Shown here: positions 1-7,909 of the stretch, piece by piece
Layout of the letters: the number at the start of each line of letters is the position of its first letter
How positions within the stretch are numbered: the stretch's first letter is position 1
From: a virus
Taxonomy: Duplodnaviria > Heunggongvirae > Uroviricota > Caudoviricetes
Strand: one strand, 5' to 3'
Virus record (IMG/VR): IMGVR_UViG_3300043024_000042
DNA length: 64,000 nt
Translations under genes and position numbers: made by a program
Notes under the pieces: model-generated
Database searches by the model: none
What the model was told of the DNA's origin: nothing
Seen by the model: the letters and a program-made list of their open reading frames with translations, nothing else

Positions 1-1
1 T

Positions 2-215
2 CAATCCTTAGGGGATGCTACGCGCGAGACTTGGATTGTTGAGAGACCCGGTAGAGAGGAAATGTTTAAAGCTGGAGTTGAATGGGCGGACGCTCATCCG
101 CATTGGATAAGTGTAGATGAGCAGAAGTCTCCAGTCGATGAGCCACTTTTGCTCGCAGTTAACGGCTTTGGCAATGCGCAGTTTGGTCAGTACTATCGTG
201 ACGGAATTTTTTAGG
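2..215 (+). CDS. 3'-terminal fragment of an upstream gene, product unknown
   Basis: Frame 2 is open from the window edge to a stop at 213-215 with a protein-like translation (..WISVDEQKSPVDEPLLLAVNGFGNAQFGQYYRDGIF). There is no start codon inside the window. Confidence 0.3.
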
Positions 216-288
216 AACTTAGAGACCTATGAATATGCCAATAAGGTCACGCATTGGATGTTGTTCCCTGAATTACCGAAAGGAGGTA

Positions 289-759
289 ATGATGAGTGTT
301 AATTGCCCGTACCTTTATATGTACGAATGGTGTACGTATGAAACGAATGGATTTCTCGAGGTAAGAAAGCGTTTTCATGGCCGCGATTGCGTGGGCGTGT
401 TCCCTGAACTTCCTAAATGTGATAATTGCGTGCATATCGAGATTCAGCAAAAGAGGAAAGACTTCGTTTCGAGGTTTAAGAAATACGCTTTAAATCTGTG
501 CCGCTTTCATTCTACGGCTCTTCAACTCGTGGAAATATACGAAAAAGGGCTTGACGATGCTCGCTACTATCTTGTAGAGAATCGTGCTGATGCGTCGGCA
601 GACTACTTGGTGTCCGAATTTAAAATGAGTATGAAGTATTACGATAGTGATTTACGGAATGAACGTACCATAGATGCGTACAAGCAAGGGCTTGATGATG
701 GACGTTTCTATGTTTATTGTAAGAAAGGAGGTAGTAATGGGAAAGAAACAGAATCCTGA
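289..759 (+). CDS. hypothetical protein with a duplicated Y-x-x-G-L-D-D-x-R-x-Y motif, paralog of 20273..20641
   Basis: ATGATG at 289 is preceded by GGAGG (282-286). The ORF-track start at 229 is probably an upstream over-extension. Motifs EIYEKGLDDARYY and DAYKQGLDDGRFY recur in the 20273..20641 product (YEEGLDDAKQY). Confidence 0.5.
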   Translation: MMSVNCPYLYMYEWCTYETNGFLEVRKRFHGRDCVGVFPELPKCDNCVHIEIQQKRKDFVSRFKKYALNLCRFHSTALQLVEIYEKGLDDARYYLVENRADASADYLVSEFKMSMKYYDSDLRNERTIDAYKQGLDDGRFYVYCKKGGSNGKETES

Positions 760-913
760 ATTAAGACGAGACTTATATCGGGATGGAAGCGATGATGTTT
801 ACGTGCTCGAATGTCTACCCGACATACCTTTCCCTGCAAAGGTGCCGAAAATTACAAGACCGAATGAATACGGTCAGATGTTGTTGAATAAAAGAAAGAG
901 AGGCAAGCGATGA
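737..913 (+). CDS. small basic hypothetical protein
   Basis: ATG at 737 preceded by GGAGG (727-731). Translation MGKKQNPELRRDLYRDGSDDVYVLE... Confidence 0.4.
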   Translation: MGKKQNPELRRDLYRDGSDDVYVLECLPDIPFPAKVPKITRPNEYGQMLLNKRKRGKR

Positions 914-1185
914 ACGTAATCGTATTTGACGAACTGACTACCATAGGAAATGCCAGTGGTGTTAAGATAGAGCCAAGAAAGCCTATCATAGGCGGTAATT
1001 GCCCCTCTCTTGCGCCCACAATGTCTGCCAAGTGCAGCCGTTCCCTATTGCGTACCCTATGCGGTGGCAGGATTGTGAATAGAATGAGATATATGAAGTT
1101 GTATTTCAGTGCGACCTCACTCCGCAAGAGAAAGAAATATGGGAAAATATTAGGGATTAGAATGTGTAAATTAAAAATAAAATGA
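910..1185 (+). CDS. hypothetical protein, 91 aa
   Basis: ORF with ATGA overlap to the preceding gene. No recognisable motif. Confidence 0.3.
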   Translation: MNVIVFDELTTIGNASGVKIEPRKPIIGGNCPSLAPTMSAKCSRSLLRTLCGGRIVNRMRYMKLYFSATSLRKRKKYGKILGIRMCKLKIK

Positions 1186-1220
1186 TAGAATGGATATTAA
1201 GTTTACGTTAGAAGAGGCAC

Positions 1221-2331
1221 TTGCCAAATGTCCCCCCCCTACGCGAAAAATTATTACATAGCGTAGACCTTCTTAGAAAGGCGGAGAAATTGGCGTTGAT
1301 GTATGACAGCGAGAATGGCTTTTGGACTGGCTTTAGTGGAGGTAAGGATAGTCAGGCTTTGTTTCACGTCACGCAACTCGCGGGTGTGAAGTTCAAGGGA
1401 TATTTCTCGCCTACAAGTGTAGACCCTCCCGAAGTGATTCGGTTTATACGGCACAACTATCCCGAAGTGGAGTTTTCTCCCATCAAGGAGTCCATCTACC
1501 GAAAATTTGTGGAGTTCAAATGCCTGCCGAGCATGAAAATCCGCTGGTGCTGTGCAGAGTTTAAGGAAAAGGGAGGTGAAGGTAAGGTGGTTCTTGTCGG
1601 AATACGTAATGAAGAAAGTCTGAAACGCTCCAAACGAAGGGAGGTTGAAGTATCAGGCAAGAAATACAAAGGCGATTTGGACGGCTTCAAGACATGGAGC
1701 CAAAAGCGCAGGGAGAAACTGACCAAGGATAAGAACTTTGACCAATTCTCCGAACATAAGGAGCAGATGGTAACTTGCATAAACGGCCATGACAAAATCA
1801 TCGTTTCGCCCATTATCCATTGGACGCAGCGTGATGTTTGGGAGTTTCTGAACAACGTGGTTGAGGTACCGCATTGCAGTCTGTATGATGAAGGGTATCA
1901 CAGAATTGGCTGTATTTGCTGCCCGATGGCGAGCATAAAGAACACGCTGCGCGACATCAAGCGTTACCCGCACGTCAAGGAGAACTGGATAAAGGCCATT
2001 ATGGAAGTTAGGAAAGAGGGATTGGGTGAAAATACCCCCCCCGAAAACCGAATATATACCAACTGCCGAAGCGATGGATGCCGATTCCTACCGCCATTGG
2101 ACGGACGGAAATGGGGGGGGGGAGATACCTCCCTCCGACCGAACAAGACAACTTACCGGAATGTGGGCAGGGTTTTCGGACAGCACTAACGAAGGTTGCG
2201 CGAGCGTTAGTGCGGAGAATATTGAGCGCGAGATTGCGGAGAACATCTTTGATTGGTGGATATCCAAGAAGTCGTACAAGAAATGGTACGCGGAGAAGTT
2301 TCTGCAACAACATATAGATTTTAAAGAATAA
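1221..2331 (+). CDS. PAPS-reductase-like PP-loop ATPase (DndC/DUF3440-like), frame broken at the C8 tract 2035-2042
   Basis: PP-loop motif FSGGKDSQ plus a C-terminal Cys cluster (HRIGCICCP). Frame 0 (1221..2189) degenerates after the C tract into low-complexity sequence. Frame +1 (2026..2331) continues protein-like (KTEYIPTAEAMDADSYRHWTDG..WWISKKSYKKWYAEKF). Seven C instead of eight would fuse the two frames. The start codon is uncertain: the ORF track uses TTG at 1221, and a C8 tract lies at 1232-1239. Confidence 0.65.
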
Positions 2332-2334
2332 ATT

Positions 2335-2637
2335 ATGACAGAGGATGAATATAATAAGGGGTTGTGCGCGATAAAAGACGAATACCAGCAGAAGAGAGAG
2401 GATTTGTCTAACAGATTTATCCAGCAAAACCATCGTTTTGAAATAGAAGATATTATCGAAGATAAATTTTCTCATCTGCGTATAAAAATCGAAAGTATAT
2501 ACGTAGAGCACCACCCTTTCAGTGGCTGGGTAGATATTAAATACTACGGATATGCGGTATCCAATGATAACGAGGTTGATGTAGGTAAGTGGGGCAATAT
2601 TTTTCAGAAAGATGCAGAACTTATAAAAAGAGGATGA
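2335..2637 (+). CDS. hypothetical protein, 100 aa
   Basis: ORF ending 21 nt before CRISPR leader copy 1. Confidence 0.4.
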   Translation: MTEDEYNKGLCAIKDEYQQKREDLSNRFIQQNHRFEIEDIIEDKFSHLRIKIESIYVEHHPFSGWVDIKYYGYAVSNDNEVDVGKWGNIFQKDAELIKRG

Positions 2638-2658
2638 TTATTAGGTGAAGAACAAAAT

Positions 2659-2762
2659 TGATAAAACGATATTCGGGCTGGCTGTACAGCCTTAGCGAGA
2701 GGGATTTTTCCACTCTTGAAATCATCTTTATATATTGATACATAACATATAACGTAAGACGT
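2659..2762 (+). promoter_or_regulatory. CRISPR leader, copy 1 (104 nt, 100% identical to 5599..5702)
   Basis: TGATAAAACGATATTCGGGCTGGCTGTACAGCC...TATATATTGATACATAACATATAACGTAAGACGT lies immediately upstream of the first repeat. It has an AT-rich 3' half and is exactly duplicated at array 2. Confidence 0.6.
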
Positions 2763-3123
2763 GTTGTATGTTATCTGATTTTTCAGACGATATACAGCTA
2801 AAGATAGCTGCGAGAAATACCCATGTAGTTGTATGTTATCTGACTTTTCAGACGATATACAGCCATTTAGATGTTTGGCAAAGATTTATTTGGTTGTATG
2901 TTATCTGACTTTTCAGACGATATACAGCGTGTGGTACACAGAAATCCTCTTTTTTGGTTGTATGTTATCTGATTTTTCAGACGATATACAGCATGAATAA
3001 GATTATGGTTGAATTAGATAAGGTTGTATGTTATCTGATTTCTCGGATGATATACAGCGTCGCCCATTCGCTATCTTTAATCTGAAAGTTGTATGTTATT
3101 TGATTTCTTGGATGATATGCAGC
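2763..3123 (+). CRISPR. CRISPR array 1: 6 repeats of 36 bp (GTTGTATGTTATCTGATTTTTCAGACGATATACAGC), 5 unique spacers of 28-30 bp, repeats degenerate toward the 3' end
   Basis: Repeats at 2763, 2828, 2893, 2957, 3023 (2 mismatches) and 3088 (4 mismatches). Spacers at 2799-2827, 2864-2892, 2929-2956, 2993-3022 and 3059-3087. A further decayed unit ends near 3170. The repeat is an almost full-length hairpin with a TTTT loop. Confidence 0.85.
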
Positions 3124-3247
3124 GAATACTGCATCATAATGATACTATTCATTTTTAGATGATATACATCCGAAGTATCTCTACATAAATGTTAATAATT
3201 TAGTTACAAGATTTAGAATATGTGGAATATTAAAAGGAATTGGTTAG

Positions 3248-3616
3248 ATGATCGTTATACAGAAACAACCTTGGCATGATTTCACCCGTGTAATCATCAT
3301 GCAGGTTCACGAGAGCAAACCCGTAGCCGTTGCATCCGTTCAGATTGACCTTTACGAGAAAGAGCAGTGCTGGGGCGGTACGGCTTACATCTATGGCTTG
3401 TGGGTGGACAAGGATATTCGCAGAAGGGGCATCGCAAAAACGCTGCTTATGCTTGTCGAGAAATACGCAAAGCAAAACGGACACAAGTCAGTGATATTGG
3501 AATGGAACTTGAACGATACCCCGGTTGAAGTCCTGCATTGGTATATAAGGTGCGGATATGAGGGTATCGAGTTTAAGGATAATAGCAAACGGATTAAATT
3601 GGAAAAGAAATTTTAG
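3248..3616 (+). CDS. GNAT-family N-acetyltransferase
   Basis: Acetyl-CoA motif A, GLWVDKDIRRRGIAKTLL (R-x-x-G-x-A). About 120 aa, typical of minimal GNATs. Confidence 0.6.
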   Translation: MIVIQKQPWHDFTRVIIMQVHESKPVAVASVQIDLYEKEQCWGGTAYIYGLWVDKDIRRRGIAKTLLMLVEKYAKQNGHKSVILEWNLNDTPVEVLHWYIRCGYEGIEFKDNSKRIKLEKKF

Positions 3617-3619
3617 CCT

Positions 3620-3811
3620 ATGAAGATTAAAGCGTTTATATACACACTCGGTTTCTGCTCCATCCTGCTTGTTGCTGTATTGACACTCTATAATTTCATT
3701 CAGTTATGCGGAGCGGTGGACGGAATCATCTTGTTTGCGCTTATACTGCTGTTCATTTACAGCACTTACAGACTGATACTATATTATATAAGCCATGAAC
3801 AAGGAAAATAA
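3620..3811 (+). CDS. small membrane protein, two predicted TM helices
   Basis: Hydrophobic translation FCSILLVAVLTLYNF...IILFALILLFIYSTY. Confidence 0.4.
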   Translation: MKIKAFIYTLGFCSILLVAVLTLYNFIQLCGAVDGIILFALILLFIYSTYRLILYYISHEQGK

Positions 3812-3942
3812 AATGGGGCACATCCAATTTGGCATACTCCAAGAGTTTGACGGTATGGATATTGGTACCGTAATAAAGGTGCTTGCCAGCGTGTATGCGG
3901 AGATAGAGATATGCAGCGCGGAACACGGAGGGATAGAGGAAT

Positions 3943-4485
3943 ATGACCTATTCTCTTACTTCGTGGATTGCGTGGAGGATTACAAACAAATTAAAAAACA
4001 GTGCGAAAATGGTGATTAAGAGTGACAAAAGTCCTGGAGACAGATATTATCAATTTAGAGGATGGGAACAGTGCTGGGGCATGAGAGAAAGCCGCGGATG
4101 GGTATATGGGAGCCTTATCAATTATGATGGAGGAATTGCCATACGCGAATGTGCCGAAATTAACTACGACACTTCCATCGTTGAGGGTACAGCCTGCCAA
4201 TGGGTCAATGATTTTGACAGTAATAACCGATGGCTTTACGAGGGTGATTACGTGAAGTTCAGTTATCATTACCAAACCTACATAGGCATGGTGATGTTTG
4301 ACGACAAGACCAAGAGTTACGCTATCCAGTTTGATGATGGCTATCCCAAGAAGAGGCACATCAAATCCCTGCTTCCCCTGCATATTTTCAGCAGGGAGGA
4401 ATTGACGGTGGTGGGCGACTTTAAGACCACACCTAACCTGTTGCTTTGTGATGATGAACTTGACGGACGGGAGAGAGAATTATGA
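3943..4485 (+). CDS. hypothetical protein, 180 aa, Trp/Tyr-rich
   Basis: ORF overlaps the shorter 3795..4019 ORF, which is in another frame. No recognisable motif. Confidence 0.4.
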   Translation: MTYSLTSWIAWRITNKLKNSAKMVIKSDKSPGDRYYQFRGWEQCWGMRESRGWVYGSLINYDGGIAIRECAEINYDTSIVEGTACQWVNDFDSNNRWLYEGDYVKFSYHYQTYIGMVMFDDKTKSYAIQFDDGYPKKRHIKSLLPLHIFSREELTVVGDFKTTPNLLLCDDELDGREREL

Positions 4486-4751
4486 ACGGGGAATTACATC
4501 TGACGGTACAGAACAAAACATGGAATGAAGTTGTTAATGGTAGACAGAAATTCATCTATCGGGACACAACGAAGTATTTCCGTGACCGAATACAGAAACA
4601 GATACCCTACAAGGTGACGTTTCGCAAGGAGTACACCAACATTAGAATAAGTTACGAGGTGTTGGGTGTCACTGTCGGATATGGAGACCCGAAATACGGA
4701 AGTGACGAAAAGAAGAAGTATTATATTATTCAAATAGGTAAAAGAGTATAA
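4482..4751 (+). CDS. hypothetical protein, 89 aa
   Basis: ATGA overlap with the previous gene. Confidence 0.4.
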   Translation: MNGELHLTVQNKTWNEVVNGRQKFIYRDTTKYFRDRIQKQIPYKVTFRKEYTNIRISYEVLGVTVGYGDPKYGSDEKKKYYIIQIGKRV

Positions 4752-4752
4752 A

Positions 4753-5031
4753 ATGAAAACTATATATAAGTATTTGATTGGGAAACCCGGTGTACCGGTT
4801 GTGCTGCCGATGCCCAAGGGTGCGCAGTTCTGCGATGTGCAGATGCAGGGCGATAGCTTTGCGATGTGGTTCCTCGTTGATCCCGATATGGAGAAAGAGG
4901 ATAGAGTGTTTGAGTTGGTGGGTACCGGCTATAAAGTATACCCCAACATGGAATACAGAGGCACCGTTCAGATAATGGATGGTCGTGTTGTACTTCATTT
5001 GTTTGAACGTCTTAGACAGATTCCGGTATGA
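4753..5031 (+). CDS. hypothetical protein, 92 aa
   Basis: Tightly packed ORF. Confidence 0.4.
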   Translation: MKTIYKYLIGKPGVPVVLPMPKGAQFCDVQMQGDSFAMWFLVDPDMEKEDRVFELVGTGYKVYPNMEYRGTVQIMDGRVVLHLFERLRQIPV

Positions 5032-5291
5032 CAGAAAAGAGCATTAAGGTAATTGTGCTAATACTCTTTTCGGTCTTTTTCTGCCATACCTTATACGTCA
5101 AACACCTTCTGTATGAGGGTTATGAACGGCAGATGAGATTGATAGATAAGTATGAGCAGGCATTGTTTGAGTGTGACAGCCTTTTAAGGGATAAAATGAT
5201 GGAGACAATTTACCGTCAACAAAACATAAGTTATGAAGAGCAAGAAGATACGGAAAATATACCACAGACTGATAGCGGCGGTGCCTTATAA
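5028..5291 (+). CDS. hypothetical protein with an N-terminal TM helix
   Basis: ATGA overlap. Translation VIVLILFSVFFCHTLY. Confidence 0.35.
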   Translation: MTEKSIKVIVLILFSVFFCHTLYVKHLLYEGYERQMRLIDKYEQALFECDSLLRDKMMETIYRQQNISYEEQEDTENIPQTDSGGAL

Positions 5292-5601
5292 TATATACAC
5301 TGCCTTTCAGGAACAATATCCCGAACTGTTGGGCGAGCTAAAAAGTGAGAAAGACCTTTATATGGTTTGGTGTATCGAGACCCGGCAAATCGGTGTATCT
5401 TATCGGATACGTGAGGATTTCCCATCCAAAATAATGCACGAGGCTTCTTGCGATCGTCTTGACGATGGTCGTTGGTTCAGAAGCGAGTATCTGATAGACG
5501 AGCATACCAACACTTATAATGTATATGTCTATTTCCCTGAAAACATTTGGACCATTATGAACATTGTAAAAATGTGGAATAAGAAAAGAATTTATGACTG
5601 A
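5233..5601 (+). CDS. hypothetical protein; stop codon abuts leader copy 2
   Basis: ORF runs to a TGA at 5599-5601. The 5' end overlaps the previous gene, so the true start is probably internal. Confidence 0.35.
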   Translation: MKSKKIRKIYHRLIAAVPYNIYTAFQEQYPELLGELKSEKDLYMVWCIETRQIGVSYRIREDFPSKIMHEASCDRLDDGRWFRSEYLIDEHTNTYNVYVYFPENIWTIMNIVKMWNKKRIYD

Positions 5602-5702
5602 TAAAACGATATTCGGGCTGGCTGTACAGCCTTAGCGAGAGGGATTTTTCCACTCTTGAAATCATCTTTATATATTGATACATAACATATAACGTAAGAC
5701 GT
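5599..5702 (+). promoter_or_regulatory. CRISPR leader, copy 2 (identical to 2659..2762)
   Basis: Exact 104-nt duplicate of the array-1 leader, starting at the stop codon of the upstream gene. Confidence 0.6.
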
Positions 5703-6181
5703 GTTGTATGTTATCTGATTTTTCAGACGATATACAGCTCTAAGTCATAGTGATAGTTTATAGTAATGTTGTATGTTATCTGATTTTTCAGACGATATAC
5801 AGCCAGAAATTAGTAAGTATTCAAATTGGCTTGTTGTATGTTATCTGATTTTTCAGACGATATACAGCGAGGTACTCTTTTTATGGATTCCTTTCCTGTT
5901 GTATGTTATCTGATTTTTCAGACGATATACAGCAAGAGGAAAATCAGTGCATCACTGGTGCCTGTTGTATGGTATCTGATTTTTCAGATGATATACAGCG
6001 AAATAGATAAGAGTTCGCATAGGTTGTATGTTATCTGATTTTTAGATGATATACAGCCAAAGATAATAAAATCTATGACAGAGCGAGTTGTATGTTATTT
6101 GATTTCTCGGATGATATACAGCGCCAACGACGTTGGACTTTTAGAGTTGTATGCAGTTTGTAAAGCCGAATGATATACAGC
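5703..6181 (+). CRISPR. CRISPR array 2: 8 repeats with the same 36-bp consensus, 7 unique spacers of 23-30 bp, 3' repeats progressively degenerate
   Basis: Repeats at 5703, 5768, 5833, 5898, 5964 (2 mismatches), 6023 (35 bp), 6087 and 6146 (heavily decayed). Spacers at 5739-5767, 5804-5832, 5869-5897, 5934-5963, 6000-6022, 6058-6086 and 6123-6145. Confidence 0.85.
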
Positions 6182-6218
6182 GAACTGCCATTAGCATTAT
6201 TAACCAAAGCGATAATTT

Positions 6219-7319
6219 ATGATAATAACAAGAAAGATTCAGGTCTATGTCTCGGACGAGGATAAAGACCAAAGAAAGGAAATGGTTCACACCGTTTACA
6301 CATGGCGAGACCTTGTTAGGCGCACGGCAAACATGATTGTGGCGCACAAGTTCGTTCAGCAACAAGTCCGTGATTTCGTCTACTTGAAGGACGAGATTCA
6401 GGAGAAGTTCTACGTCAAGGATATCTTGAAGGAGGGCAAGGGTATGAGCGAGCAGAACACCACCTACCGCATCGCAGCGGATATGTTGAAGGGCAAAGTT
6501 CCTGCCGACATCTATTCCTGCCTTAATCAGGCGGTGGCGAACACCTTCAAAGAGACCATCAAGGATGTGAACACGGGTAAGGCGAGCGTGAGAAGTTACA
6601 AGAACAACATTCCCATGCCGTTCAGTGCGAAAGCCCTTTCCAATATCCATTGGTCGGAAGAGGATAACCGTTTCTACTTCACTCTGTTCGGTATTCCCTT
6701 TGCAACATCCCTCGGTCGTGACAGAAGTAACAACAAGGTGATCATCGAAAGAACCATCAGCAAGGAGTACAAACTTTGCTCGAGTTCCTTGCAGATTGAT
6801 GATAAGAAAAAGAAGATGTTTCTCTTGCTCTGCGTGGATATACCCAAGAAGGAGGTCGAGTTGGAGAAAGGCAAGCAACTGCTCGCCACCCTCGATGTAA
6901 TGGCACCCATTGTCGCTGTTATCGGCAGCAAGCGGTATGAGATAGGAACCAAGGAAGAGTTTACCTACCGCAGGGTGCAACTGCAAGAGGCGGTAAGACG
7001 CTGCCAGATTGAGAATAGATACAATAATGGCGGGAAGGGTCGCAAGCGCAAGACGCAGGCGATAGAGCGGTTTCATGAGAAGGAGAATAACTACGTAGAT
7101 ACGAAACTGCACACCTACTCCCGTATGCTGGTCGATTTGGCGGTCAAGAACAAATGCTCCGAGATTGTCCTGCTTGACCAAAAGCGCAGGGAGGACGAGG
7201 CGAAGGAGGATAATCAGAACGGAGAGCCTTTCGTTTTGCGTAACTGGTCTTACTTCGGGTTGGAGAGTAAGATTGATTACAAGGCCAAGACGGTTGGGAT
7301 TGCGTTAATTAAAAAATAA
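6219..7319 (+). CDS. Cas12f/TnpB-like RuvC-fold protein, C-terminally truncated (no Zn finger or RuvC-III), RuvC-II Glu replaced; TldR-like dead mini-Cas12 architecture
   Basis: Recalled from memory, not by search: similarity to Un1Cas12f1/TnpB. TnpB-type N-terminus RKIQVYVSDEDKDQRKEMVHTVYTWRDLVRRTANMIV. WED/RuvC-I block MFLLLCVDIPKKE..LLATLDVMAPIVAVIG, cf LNLSIDVPKID..IIGGIDVGVKSPLVCAI. Block GGKGRKRKTQAIERFHEKENNYVDTKLHTYSRMLVDLAVKNKCSEIVLLDQKRRED, cf HGAKNKLKPITILTEKSERFRKKLIERWACEIADFFIKNKVGTVQMENLESMKRKED. C-terminus NWSYFGLESKIDYKAKTVGIALIKK, cf FWPYAEMQNKIEFKLKQYGIEIRKV. The ORF stops where the Cas12f Zn finger would begin. The start is preceded by the variant element GCATTATTAACCAAAGCGATAATTTATG. 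Confidence 0.6.
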   Translation: MIITRKIQVYVSDEDKDQRKEMVHTVYTWRDLVRRTANMIVAHKFVQQQVRDFVYLKDEIQEKFYVKDILKEGKGMSEQNTTYRIAADMLKGKVPADIYSCLNQAVANTFKETIKDVNTGKASVRSYKNNIPMPFSAKALSNIHWSEEDNRFYFTLFGIPFATSLGRDRSNNKVIIERTISKEYKLCSSSLQIDDKKKKMFLLLCVDIPKKEVELEKGKQLLATLDVMAPIVAVIGSKRYEIGTKEEFTYRRVQLQEAVRRCQIENRYNNGGKGRKRKTQAIERFHEKENNYVDTKLHTYSRMLVDLAVKNKCSEIVLLDQKRREDEAKEDNQNGEPFVLRNWSYFGLESKIDYKAKTVGIALIKK

Positions 7320-7330
7320 TTCAGATAAAG

Positions 7331-7909
7331 ATGGGAGAAGAAGAGAAGATACTGGATGTGGACGGGAAGCCCGTAGGATTTGGTAAATGCAACCTTGAAG
7401 GAATACAAGGTTTGGGAGAGGATTTTAATGCGTTGGCCGACGATATGGCCAATGATGTTAAGCAAATATTAGGTCACTACCTTGTGCAGAAATGTATAGA
7501 TGAATTTGTCAATATCGAAGAGAAGGAGCCTGATCATACCGAACCCGAAAAAGAATCCCTTACTTATGGTAAAGCGCAGATTAATTATGAAACTGGCGAA
7601 CTTGTAAAGACGAGTATAGGCTCGTATATTTGTTCCAGTGCAACGCTCCCCGTGTCCGCCCCATTTTATAGCCGCTCTATATGGGAATATTGGGTGTATT
7701 TCTGTTTGAGAGGCCAAGTCCCAGCTGATCCTGACTTTAAGGACTACGCTTACTCCAATTTCTGGCGCATCGTCAAAGAGATGATATACCACAAGAAGAG
7801 AATGGGGCTTGCAAAGTCGGAAGGATTCAGGAGACACCACGAGAAACGATTGAAGAGTTTGGAAAATACTTATAAATTTAGTTTGACTTGGAATGGAAAC
7901 GGAAATTAA
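7331..7909 (+). CDS. hypothetical protein; N-terminus (GKCNLEGIQGLGEDFNALADD) may be a decayed RuvC-III remnant in a different frame from 6219..7319
   Basis: KCN...EDFNALADD loosely resembles Cas12f KCNFKENADYNAALNI. Only one Cys, so no Zn finger. About 150 further residues are unlike Cas12f. Confidence 0.3.
   Translation: MGEEEKILDVDGKPVGFGKCNLEGIQGLGEDFNALADDMANDVKQILGHYLVQKCIDEFVNIEEKEPDHTEPEKESLTYGKAQINYETGELVKTSIGSYICSSATLPVSAPFYSRSIWEYWVYFCLRGQVPADPDFKDYAYSNFWRIVKEMIYHKKRMGLAKSEGFRRHHEKRLKSLENTYKFSLTWNGNGN

Noticed and set aside
229-759. ORF-track start at 229 for the first Y-x-x-G-L-D-D protein, and 1221 TTG start for the PAPS-reductase-like gene
   Set aside because: The 229 start ignores a strong GGAGG-ATGATG site at 282-291, so 289 is preferred. 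The 1221 start is retained only provisionally, because a C8 tract at 1232-1239 may hide the true upstream start.
2763-6181. Possibility that the spacer-repeat loci are minisatellites or an IS-derived guide region rather than CRISPR
   Set aside because: Spacers are all different and of constant CRISPR-like length. Repeats are precisely 36 bp with leader-distal decay, and both loci share an AT-rich leader. The question of whether they serve a host Cas system or the adjacent Cas12f-like protein is left open.
6141-7181. 346-aa ORF on the minus strand, antisense to the Cas12f-like gene
   Set aside because: Entirely antisense to a gene with clear family-level motifs. Low-complexity Leu/Val-rich translation and no upstream element. 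A shadow ORF.
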